Under the pieces are notes generated by a model. It ran no database searches. It had not been told where the DNA came from and saw only the letters and a program-made list of their open reading frames with translations. The position numbers and the translations under genes are program-made. A stretch of 64,000 nucleotides of DNA, from NCBI GenBank assembly GCA_950097015.1, contig CATNEN010000010.1, forward strand, positions 2,604,001-2,668,000, read 5' to 3'. Positions 1-10,603 of this stretch are shown one piece after another. Every line of letters starts with the position of its first letter. The stretch's first letter is position 1. Source of the DNA: Macrostomum hystrix. Its lineage: Eukaryota; Animalia; Platyhelminthes.

Positions 1-135
1 CTGCTGCTGCCGCGCCTGTGGCGCTCCTCTAGCCGAAGCCTCTCCAAGCTCAGCCAGCGTCCCGTGGTGGCCGCACACCGTCGTCAGATGTCACAGTGGC
101 GTCGATGGGCCCGATGGCTGGGTCGCGAGGAGTGA
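1..135 (+). CDS. Possible 3' end of a coding exon running off the window edge
   Basis: Frame 1 is open and GC-rich (LLLPRLWRSSSRSLSKLSQRPVVAAHRRQMSQWRRWARWLGREE) to TGA at 133-135. No family recognised. Confidence 0.25.
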   Translation: MLLPRLWRSSSRSLSKLSQRPVVAAHRRQMSQWRRWARWLGREE

Positions 136-152
136 CCGCTGACACTGGCAAT

Positions 153-1116
153 TGTGTCAGACAGTGGGTTGCAGCTGTGTCAGACAGTGGGTTGCAGCTG
201 TGTCAGACAATGGGTTGCAGCTGTTTTAGGCAATGGGTTGCAGCTGTGTCAGACAGTGGGTTGCAGATGTGTCAGACAATGGGTTGCAGCTGTTTTAGGC
301 AATGGGTTGCAGATGTGTCAGACAATGGGTTGCAGCTGTTTTAGGCAATGGGTTGCAGCTGTGTCAGACAGTGGGTTGCAGCTGTGTCAGACAGTGGGTT
401 GCAGCTGTGTCAGACAGTGGGTTGCAGATGTGTCAGACAATGGGTTGCAGCTGTTTTAGGCAATGGGTTGCAGATGTGTCAGACAATGGGTTGCAGCTGT
501 TTTAGGCAATGGGTTGCAGCTGTGTCAGACAGTGGGTTGCAGCTGTGTCAGACAGTGGGTTGCAGCTGTGTCAGACAGTGGGTTGCAGCTGTGTCAGACA
601 GTGGGTTGCAGATGTGTCAGACAATGGGTTGCAGCTGTGTTAGGCAATGGGTTGCAGCTGTGTCCGACAGTGGGTTGCAGATGTGTCAGACAATGGGTTG
701 CAGCTGTGTCAGACAGTGGGTTGCAGATGTGTCAGACAATGGGTCGCAGCTGTGTCAGACAATGGGTTGCAGCTGTGTCAGACAGTGGGTTGCAGATGTG
801 TCAGACAATGGGTTGCAGCTGTGTCAGACAGTGGGTTGCAGCTGTGTCAGACAGTGGGTTGCAGCTGTGTCAGACAGTGGGTTGCAGCTGTGTCAGACAG
901 TGGGTTGCAGCTGTGTTAGGCAATGGGTTGCAGCTGTGTCAGACAGTGGGTTGCAGATGTGTCAGACAATGGGTTGCAGCTGTGTCAGACAGTGGGTTGC
1001 AGATGTGTCAGACAATGGGTTGCAGCTGTGTCAGACAGTGGGTTGCAGATGTGTCAGACAGTGGGTTGCAGATGTGTCAGACAATGGGTTGCAGCTGTGT
1101 CAGACAGTGGGTTGCA
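153..1116. repeat. 23-bp minisatellite (GTGTCAGACAGTGGGTTGCAGCT), about 42 copies
   Basis: Direct tandem periodicity with variant units (GTTTTAGGCAAT...). It explains the overlapping repetitive ORFs at 96-1204. Confidence 0.97.
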
Positions 1117-1783
1117 ACTTTGGTCCAATTGTTTTTTTCCTGTTTGTTTTCAGAAATGCAGAGCAGACATTGATTTCAGCAGATTGTTGATGCAAATGTT
1201 TTGATTTTAAATAGTTTTGCCCTTGGTAAATCTGGAGTTCGAGAAGAGATCTCATTCTTATTGATTTTGAGCAGTCTCTCATTGTTTTTGCTGTGCTTCA
1301 CATCAGAAATCCCTCGGTTTTAGGCATTTCCCGGTTTTTGTTAATGCTAGCTGGCATTTTGTTTTTAGTATTTTAGCGGTTTTCTATTTCCGCATATTTT
1401 TCTATCGAAGTTGCTGTTTTAAAGCAACTCAGCATATGAGAAGAAACTGTGCTAATACTTAAAAGGCTTTTTGCTCGGCTCGTTTCGCCGTTTCTTGTTC
1501 CATTTTCGTTGCAATTTTCTCTTATTTTTTCTGCTAACTACTGAGATTTCTGCGAGCAGTAGTATGTTTAGTATAGTACATTGTGCTACCTTTGTTGGAT
1601 AGAAAGGCACATTTTTGCTAAAATAGAATATACACGCGAGCAAATTTCTGCCTTTTATGCAGCTTTTTGCCGATAACAGAGAAAGCAAACTCAAAGAGCT
1701 TCCTAATAATTGATTTTCCCAACGGGCTTGAGTGAGTAATGGGTTTAGTAAAAAAGGTTTATTCAAGTGCGTTCTCATCGCGT

Positions 1784-3420
1784 TCAAGGAAACTGAGCTG
1801 TCTTCAATTCAGTAAAGTGTAGATTCATTGAGTCCAGGAAGTGGGGCCAGTCGTGCCTAGATGTTGAGCAGTCGCCGAAAGCCAAGACAGTCGGCCGAAG
1901 CCGAGGCCTCGTCGGCGGCACTGGCGATAACAAATAGGCGCCACTCACCATTGGTCATCGGCTTCCAGACCAGCTTGAGGCTGCGGGTGTGGGTGCTGGC
2001 TGTTTGCGGAGCTGATTCTGACCGAAGATCTAGACACACTAGCAGATCTAGATACTCATGGCAGATCTAGACACACAAGCAGATCTAGACACACAAGCAG
2101 ATATAGAAACACAAGCAGATCTAGACACACAAGCAGATCTAGACACACAACCAGATCTAGATACTCATGGCAGATCTAGACACACAAGCAGATCTAGACA
2201 CACAACCAGATCTAGACACACAAGCAGATCTAGATACTCATAGCAGATCTAGACACACAAGCAGATCTAGAAACACAGGCAGATCTAGACACACAAGCAG
2301 ATCTAGATACTCATGGCAGATCTAGATACTCATGGCAGATCTAGACACACAAGCAGATCTAGAAACACAGGCAGATCTAGGCACACAAGCAGATCTAGAC
2401 ACACAAGCAGATCTAGACACACAGACATTTCTAGACACACAAGCAGATCTAGACACACAAGCAGATCTAGACACACAAGCAGATCTAGACACACAAGCAG
2501 ATCTAGACACACAAGCAGATCTAGACACACAAGCAGATCTAGAAACACAGGCAGATCTAGACACACAAGCAGATCTAGACACACAAGCAGATCTAGACAC
2601 ACAAGCAGATCTAGACACACAAGCAGATCTAGACACACAAGCAGATCTAGACACACAAGCAGATCTAGACACACAAGCAGATCTAGATACTCATAGCAGA
2701 TCTAGACACACAAGCAGATCTAGAAACACAGGCAGATCTAGACACACAAGCAGATCTAGACACACAGACATTTCTAGACACAAGCAGATCTAGACACACA
2801 GACATATCTAGACACACAAGCAGATCTAGACGCTGAGTGAAACAGATTTACAAGCACCAGATGAAGTTGGTATTGCATTGTTGGCCCAGAGAAGGTTCAT
2901 GCACGGCCAGATGGAAGCAGCAAATTACTCTGTCTGGCTGCAGTTCCCGCCCAGCTGTCCCATTTGGCACTCCTGCACAATGCACAGCTGATTGTCTCGG
3001 CTGTCGACTGTCTTGTAGAATGCGGCCGTGCAGAGCTGCTTCCGGCCCGCTCCATCGGGATTCTCGACCGCTCCGGCCAGAAGGCGCTCAGCGACCGCCG
3101 CGGAACCCTGTGCCAGCAGCTGGGTGCCGCAGATCAGGTAGCAGAACGGATGCAGGATGCGCTGGGCCAGGGCTGCGGTTACCCGCTTGCCGTCGCTATT
3201 CAAGCAGCTCAGCGCCGCCTCCAGGTCCTCCGTCAGGTTCAGCAGGTGGTCGCGCTGGGCTGCGTCACAGGATTTATGAGGATTTTTTGGAATTCAGTTT
3301 TCAGGATATTACTGAACTTATTTCTCCGAGTGTTGAAGCACAACTGGCTCACTCACGCTTCAGTATCCAGGGGTCCTGTCGGTTGAGGAAGCGGTCCTCC
3401 CAGTGGTACTGCAGACTCAT
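1784..3420 (-). CDS. Hypothetical protein, 4 exons, about 178 aa
   Basis: Exons 3420-3357, 3259-2929, 2017-1949 and 1856-1784 have GT-AG ends and compatible phases (537 nt), giving MSLQYHWEDRFLNRQDPWILKPQRDHLLNLTEDLEAAL...DDQWHDWPHFLDSMNLHFTELKTAQFP*. AATAAA lies on the minus strand at 1758-1763. Confidence 0.7.
2025..2830. repeat. 18-bp minisatellite (GCAGATCTAGACACACAA), about 44 copies, intronic
   Basis: Tandem periodicity; lies in intron 2 of the minus-strand gene. Confidence 0.97.
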
Positions 3421-4197
3421 GGCCTCTTATGTGGCTTCTTATTTCAAAAAAGGAAAAGGCAGCAATCGATTTTTTTTCTTTAGCAAGTATTGCTGATTGT
3501 CTCTTTCGCGGCAGAAATTGCGACAATTGAGAAGCGCTAAGAGCAATTTACACCGAGGCTGTACTAGGTTTTGAGTACAAAACAGCTATGAATTAGAGCT
3601 TATAATTTTGTTCAGTTCAGTTTGAGGCGAGCCTTTTGTCACAATGTGCATACTGTGTAGCTTTTGAGGTGGCTGCCTGCTGGCTACCATGACAACAGAA
3701 GCAAAGCATTCCAAGCTAGTGCGCAAGTCCCAATTGATTCAGGGTACAGTCCTAGGCTGGGACTGCGAAAAGCAGTTGCTGGTTTGTTTGCTGATCGATC
3801 CCATGTACAGTTCTGTCAAGTTCTGTCAAAAATTATATGATGAATCTAAAGATGCTTACAGGACACTAATTAAATGTAATATATAAATAACTTAATACCT
3901 ATTACTGCTTCTTGTATGAGTGAATTTATTGCTTAAGCTTGCAATAAGACTTTAAGGTATATTTCATAATTAAATTAGAACGAATCTTGTTATGATTGTT
4001 CCGTACTCTTTTTCATTTATTTCGTAATTAATTTTCTTTTGGCGAATATTTGCTGTGTTTTTACTTTACTCTTCTGTTTCTAATTAATAATGAGAATGTA
4101 TATCCAAGCCATGGAAATGGCTTCGAAGGTTAATGATTCTATTATGATAAATGGCGAATTATTAAGACTGGAGAGCATCATACACTGCGATTGTTTT

Positions 4198-4281
4198 AGA
4201 TCTAGATACACAAGCAGATCTAGACACACAAGCAGATCTAGACACACTAGCAGATCTAGACACACAAGCAGATCTAGACAC
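4198..4281. repeat. Short second array of the same 18-bp unit (about 4-5 copies)
   Basis: Same GCAGATCTAGACACACAA unit as 2025-2830. Confidence 0.9.
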
Positions 4282-4589
4282 TAGATTTAGTACTCTGCTC
4301 TTAGAGTACTAAAAAGTGGAGTACTAAGCAAGTAAAATTCGGGGTTTTTTAAGTATGTCAATTGACCTTTTTATAGTTTTTATAGGTTTTATTATATTAA
4401 AATTTGATATATCTTGAAGTGTTGAGTCACGGACTTATTTAAGTTTCATTATTATCTAGAAAGATTCTGCAAGTTTTTGCAACCGATGGTCTTGTCTTTC
4501 AAATTTCTTATCTGATTAGAGCTAGCTATTTTAATTCACTTTACGATATTGTTTAGGAATTAATTATAACTTGTTATTTTTTGTGTGTC

Positions 4590-6776
4590 ATGCTTGCCGC
4601 TTCCAAACAATTCCTGCGTCACATTCCTTTGCAGCACACAATGAGCAGCAGAGGAATCAGTAAAGTTACTGTTATCGGAGCAGGCTTAATGGGTTCTGGA
4701 ATTGCGCAGGTCAGTATTTTTGTTTCTTTTAATGTCATATATAATCATATATAAAACACTATATATATTGTATACATATAACAACAACAAATTTTCAATT
4801 TATTCGGCCTAAATTCTGGCACCAAGGCCCTAGGGCTAGGTCTTTTATTCAATAGTCTGTTACATTTATGCCAATTCTAGTAGATTATATTTAAATCTAA
4901 ATTATTTAATATTTAATAACCCCAATAATCGACCTGCTCTTCAATGTGTGTGCCCCAAGCCAGACTGACAGGGTGAAGCATGTCTACAAACTAGCTCCTA
5001 AGTGCACATTTTGACACTTCCCCCTTTCTAGGCCACTGTGTGGCCAGGGCCCAGCAGATTGTGTATTAATATTATTATTACTATTTTTATTATAACCGTT
5101 TTAGCACTAGGAGTAGGTGAGTTGTAATAGGCCCTATGGCTACATGTCCCAGTGTCTAGTTATGGGTTTCAAGTTATGGCAGGCTATTATATATAATTTC
5201 AAAACCATTCCTTTTGTAGTAGTAATAGTAAGCATGTTTATGAAAATCTACAGTAGTATAGGAATCAAGGCTTATAAACGACTATATTTTGCATCTACAG
5301 GCTAGGCTAGGGTATTTTAGTATTATAATTAAAACCTTAGCTACAAGGTTTGCTTGCTAAGTTTTTGGCGCCTAAGAGATTAAAATTGAATACAATAGGC
5401 ATAGCTATTTAAAAATATTTAGCTATAAGTCAAACTTGATAAATTTTTTAGCTTTGTGCAAGTATAAAAGTAGGTTACTAATCAAATTTAATATAGCACT
5501 ATGCTGACAGTGATAATAGAAAAATTATTTTACTATGAGTATTCTTTTTTATTCATTACCAAATTCATTAATTTCATAATAATTTTGTGTATCTAACACT
5601 TATTTCCAGGCTCACGTGTCTCAAATTGCAGTATCTTAATTTGTCTTCTTTCTGATTATAGGTATCAGCTCAAGCTGGCTACCAGGTGACACTGGTTGAC
5701 CTGAATGAGCAGTTGCTAGGCAAGGCAGTGCAGGGCATCCAGACCAGCCTGGAACGAGTGGCCAAGAAGCAGCTAAAGGACCGGCCAGAGGAGGCTAGCC
5801 AGCTGGTTGCTAAGGCCATGCGGAACCTGTCCACCAGTCAGTCAGCCTCTGAGGCTGCCAAATCCGCCGATCTGGTGGTGGAGGCTGTGGTTGAGAATGT
5901 GGAGCTGAAGCGCAGCCTCTTCAAGCAGTTAGACTCTACCGCGCCTGCCAGCTGCCTGTTTGCCTCCAACACCAGCTCACTGGGCATTGCTGAGTTGGCC
6001 GAGGCTGTGCCGAATCGCAAGTCAGTCCTGGTTCTTGCCCTCTGCCTTGACCTGTCCCATGACCTGTCTTGACCTGCCATATGACCAGTAATGACCTGTC
6101 CCATCACCAGTCATGACCTGCACCATGACAAGTTATGACCTATCCCATGACTAGTTATGAACTATCCCATGACTAGTAATGACATATCCCATGACCTGCC
6201 CCAAGACCAGTCATTATCCGACTGTCAAATGATCTGTCATGTCTGTGTACCCGTCATAATCGACATGAAAAATCTGTAAATTTCCCATCATCCGGCTTCA
6301 GGCCGAACTTCGGAGGGCTGCACTTCTTCAACCCGGTGCCTGTGATGCGCCTAGTGGAAGTGGTTCGAACCCCGGACCTCAGCGAGGCCGCCTTCGCCCA
6401 GCTGGTTGAGTTCGGCCGCAGCCTGGGCAAATCGCCGGTGCCCTGCAGGGACACGCCCGGCTTCATCGTGAACCGCCTGCTGGTGCCCTACCTCACAGAG
6501 GCCGTCCGCATGCTGGAGCGCGGCGACGCCACCGCGGCCGACATCGACACGGCGATGCGGCTGGGCGCCGGCTACCCGATGGGCCCCATCGAGCTGTGCG
6601 ACTACGTCGGCCTGGACACCACCAAGTTCATCATGGACGGCTGGCACGAGAAATTCCCCGAGGCCGAGTTGTTCCAGCCCAGCCCCCTTCTGGACCGGCT
6701 GGTCAAGGAGGGCCGGCTGGGCCGCAAGACCGGCCACGGCTTCTACAAGTGGGACTCCAAGGGCAACAAGCTCTGA
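4590..6776 (+). CDS. HADH: Short-chain 3-hydroxyacyl-CoA dehydrogenase, 3 exons, about 317 aa
   Basis: Exons 4590-4709, 5662-6020 and 6302-6776. Motifs: Rossmann [88 protein letters not shown]. Confidence 0.96.
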
Positions 6777-8239
6777 CTGAGCCTGACACTTCATCATGAC
6801 TTGACTTCCATTGAGCCTTTGATTTCTGCTCGGTTTTCAATGAATTTATAAAGCAATTTTCAATTCCCAACTGCAATTTCCTGACCATTCTCTTAGACTA
6901 CTACTGATGTTGACTGCAGTAGTATGTGTAGTGTCTAGTTTTCAACACTGAATCACGCAAATTTCACGCCAATTGTTTAATAAGGAGTAAAAATAGTTAA
7001 ACGTTAATTAAGTTAGAAATATATCTAATAAAGTGGTAATTTTTCGTTTTAAATTTTTGAAGAAAAAAAAATTCGGAATGCTTTTATTTCTTTTTTAAAT
7101 TATTTGAATTTTCATTAATTCCTGAAAAAACAATAGACGATAAAGAGAAGAATGGATTGCTAATCTATTCCATGGACGCTGAAGAGCAGAATGGGTTTGC
7201 TAATATATTCAATGGATTTAAGAAGAGGATGAATTGCTAATCTAACCAATTGATGATGGAAATGAAGAGTTTGCTAATCAATCTCATGTAAAAGGTAGTT
7301 TCAGCGTTTTAATATTTCCATTCCATGATAGACCTAAAGTCCATTTCGGCAAAGTTTTTCACATGGACCACAAGGATTAGAAGGACGGGAACCACGTTTC
7401 TTAGAAAAAACTTTGGAGATAGGAAATGTTATATTTTTTAGATTGACAGCTTTCATTTGGAAGCAGATACAAATTGCCTAACATATTGCTCCACCGAATG
7501 CTATAAAGTACATGACAATTGGATCTTCATACGAGTTTCTTTACTAATAACCTATAATAGGTTTGAAAATTGATGCTACTGACCCTCCTATCTCCTATGT
7601 GTATTTTTGCGAAAACAAGCCTTAAATTATGTTTTCTAAGAAGCGTGGTTTCCCGTCATTCTACTCCTAGTGGTCCTTGTTTTTTCAGTGAATAGTTGGT
7701 CACGGGTTCTTGGGGTTGGGGTTGGGAGTCTGGAGGGAAGTACATAAACGTGTGCGTGGCAGCAGGCCTAGAAGCCAAGTGCGCAGCATTGCTTCCTTGT
7801 TATTGGAACGAGGAACTAAAGAGCTGCTGGCCGTACTTCCGCGATGGGGAACTTCCACAGCCAGTTCACATCGTCTCTACTTTCTACCAGCCATGCAAAA
7901 CACATTTTTTAGCAGCAGAGTACACGAGTATCGATTTTTTAGTTCCATGTTCCAGCCTCTAAACTTAATATAAAGCAGGCAAACTGGTTCAGACCGCAGT
8001 CGATTTACTCACTTACACAGACTGAGCTCTCTCGATCGGTAAGTTATTCTGCAAACTGCGTGACATCACTAGAACTTATAGTTACGATCTTGTGGGATCA
8101 ATCAGAGAGTCTGTAAGCTAATTATGGAGAGATGCTTTGGATTCTGATTGCCTTATTTCCCTGTTCCAGATCCCACAGGGGAGATGAACAATGTCCACCG
8201 ATCAGCGCCCTATTCCCTGTTCCAGATCCCACAGGCGAG

Positions 8240-10048
8240 ATGAACCAGCTGATCGCCGCCCTTGGCCGTTCAGTCAAACTCGGCGACCTCTACGATGACA
8301 GGAGCTGCAGTTTCTCAGGGAACCGACTTTGGTCAATGGAGAAAACAAAGCAGATGACCAACTCTAGGACCAACGTAGCTGAGAGGAGCACTGTCGTGAC
8401 CCCGAACCCCGAGTTAAGTAGCAAAATGGAGCTACTAAAAGTCAACAGTTCCACTCTGTTGGATGTTTTGTGCAACCGATTTCGCACTGGGGGCTCCGCT
8501 CGCTACCTGCTGGACTCCATGAACAGCCTCAACTCGTGTATTTGCGTCCTTGTTGACTGCAGAGTAACGGTGCTAGAGGAGCTGAGTCTGGATTGTCCAG
8601 TAGAGGATCGGACGTGCCTGAAAAACGGTGTCCCAACGCATGTGGTCACAGGCATCAAGTATGGCAGTCGAGCTATCCTGGTATTTGAGCAAGAGATTCA
8701 GTCTGATCAGTCGAGGGAGCAGGTCTCGAAGCAACTGAATGCGGCTATCAGAATATTTGTAGACGAACTGATTCGGCATCCTGCGCAGCAAATTAAACCA
8801 AATATTTTTGAAAGCCATTACAAATCAATAAAGTGCCGCTACTACGGAGATTATTTCCTTGAATCACCACCGCAAGACATGAGTGCTGCTTTTGGGTGCA
8901 TTCCACAGTTTTCCAGCGAGAATGTCAATAGGCCCATTGAAGTGTGCCTGACGCCCCTTAGTCATCTGCTTGGCGAGGCGGAACACGCGCCAATCGATGC
9001 CACCGCAGGTACTTGTCACCTGGATTCCGCATGCGACTACATGCTGGAACTGAATGAGTCAATTTGTTCAGCTATCAGGTGGCTTGAAGTCTTGACAGAC
9101 TCGCCATGGGCACCGCAGTGTGAGAAGCTCCGGTTGACGCTGAATTTGCTAGAAAGGTACAAGACTAAAGTCAGCGAAGAGCTCGTGCGGGCTCGACAGA
9201 AGCACCGGGGAGCCAAGCATGAAGAGTGCGATTTTGGGGCTGTACTGCGCAGCGTGGAAATATCCCCGTTTTCAGGCAAGCATCTGCATGAGTGGAGAAA
9301 CGACATGGATAGGCAGTGCACAGTCCTGTTAGCCTGCGATGCCTCTTTGTCTAAGTGCAACATAACACGGCTCAGAAGTCTCCATGAGTTGGACCGGCTT
9401 GCCATCCGCAATGACTGGAGCCTCCTGGTTAAGGTGAAAATCTCCAGTGACGCTGAGATCCTGGAGGCCTTGAAGCAACACGTTGACAAAAAGTCTGACT
9501 GCGCGCTGACATTGACTAAAGAGACCTGGCTGGACACAGCTTGGCACACGAGCTTCATAGACGACTTTGACAAACTCAAGAAGTTCTTGGAGCAAAATAC
9601 TAACTTTCCTTGTGCGCTATTTGCCCTGCCCAGCAAGTCTGGGAAGATACAAGTGAGTATCAATTGGAGGCCTCAATTCGGTTCGTTGCTTTCGAACAGC
9701 TTGTGTCACAAGATGGACAGTCTTGAGGGAGTTGCGGCCCAGTGGGAGCCACTGGTGCTGCCGCCACCAGTCGAAAACATAAGGCTGGTGAATGTCAGTG
9801 ACGACACGGTCGAGCTTGCCTGGAATCATTCTAAACAGGCCCAGAGCACGTTCAAGCTTGTGGTGCTGAGCAGCTCAAACAATGCAATCAAAACCCAAGA
9901 AGTTCATGGCTGCAGTGCGATGGTGCCTTCGTTGAGTTCCAACACCATATACTCTGCCAGAGTGTCCTACTATACGGACATTGGGGAGTCAGCTCTGTCG
10001 GAGCCGTTTCACTTCAAGACTGAGCCAAAAAAGTGCGTCATTCTGTGA
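8240..10048 (+). CDS. Stonustoxin/neoverrucotoxin-like (SNTX MACPF/CDC-fold) protein with C-terminal FN3 and CaaX box, about 602 aa, intronless CDS
   Basis: SNTX-family motifs AALGRSVKLGDLYD, THVVTGIKYGSRAILVF, CRYYGDY, PIEVCLTPL and SPFSGKHLHEW; FN3-like PPPVENIRLVNVSDDTVELAW...LSSNTIYSARVSYYTDIGESALSEP; ends KKCVIL*. The ORF is open from 8132, but ATG 8240 sits just ahead of the family start motif. Confidence 0.85.
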   Translation: MNQLIAALGRSVKLGDLYDDRSCSFSGNRLWSMEKTKQMTNSRTNVAERSTVVTPNPELSSKMELLKVNSSTLLDVLCNRFRTGGSARYLLDSMNSLNSCICVLVDCRVTVLEELSLDCPVEDRTCLKNGVPTHVVTGIKYGSRAILVFEQEIQSDQSREQVSKQLNAAIRIFVDELIRHPAQQIKPNIFESHYKSIKCRYYGDYFLESPPQDMSAAFGCIPQFSSENVNRPIEVCLTPLSHLLGEAEHAPIDATAGTCHLDSACDYMLELNESICSAIRWLEVLTDSPWAPQCEKLRLTLNLLERYKTKVSEELVRARQKHRGAKHEECDFGAVLRSVEISPFSGKHLHEWRNDMDRQCTVLLACDASLSKCNITRLRSLHELDRLAIRNDWSLLVKVKISSDAEILEALKQHVDKKSDCALTLTKETWLDTAWHTSFIDDFDKLKKFLEQNTNFPCALFALPSKSGKIQVSINWRPQFGSLLSNSLCHKMDSLEGVAAQWEPLVLPPPVENIRLVNVSDDTVELAWNHSKQAQSTFKLVVLSSSNNAIKTQEVHGCSAMVPSLSSNTIYSARVSYYTDIGESALSEPFHFKTEPKKCVIL

Positions 10049-10603
10049 ACCGCGGCAGCGGCGAGTGTTGAAACGCAGTGGATTAATTTCACCTATAGTT
10101 TGCTTACGAGTAAATCGATTATAATCGTGATCGGATTCTTATTTTAAGAACCAACTGATATTTACAAGTAGTTTTAGTTTTTAGTTTTACAGGCGGTTGC
10201 GCTGTAACTGCAAAAAATGTTTATTTTTTATCAAAAATGTATATCGATTTCTCAAAGTTTATCTAAACTTTTTTCTTCCGCCTTTGAGCGGGATTTATTC
10301 TGGCCCCACGGCCCACCCCGCACCATCGTACTTGACACCGTATGTTACTCTCGTTGGACTTCTTGTAAACCAAATAAGGCTTTTGCTTCTTGCTTTTAGA
10401 TTAGACATACGAATATTTTTTAAACCAAACTGTATTTTTTTCTACGCCCAATCTGCTGAATATTTTTTGCCATTTAGCATTAAACCACATACAAGTCCAT
10501 GTGTCCTTCCACATTATCAATTAAGTATTATCTTAACACTAATCAAAGTAGTCAAAAAGTAGTAGAGAATTCTTGTCAGTATTTTAGTCAGTTCTGCGTT
10601 TAG

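Noticed and set aside
7100-7970. Degenerate TTGCTAATC repeats and ORF 7696-7962 as a gene or element
   Set aside because: No recognisable motif, many stops and no consistent splice model.
8132-8239. MLWILIALF... as a signal peptide for the toxin-like ORF
   Set aside because: The hydrophobic run is short and coincides with a duplicated polypyrimidine/acceptor tract downstream of a GTAAGT donor, so it is probably intron. Not fully excluded.
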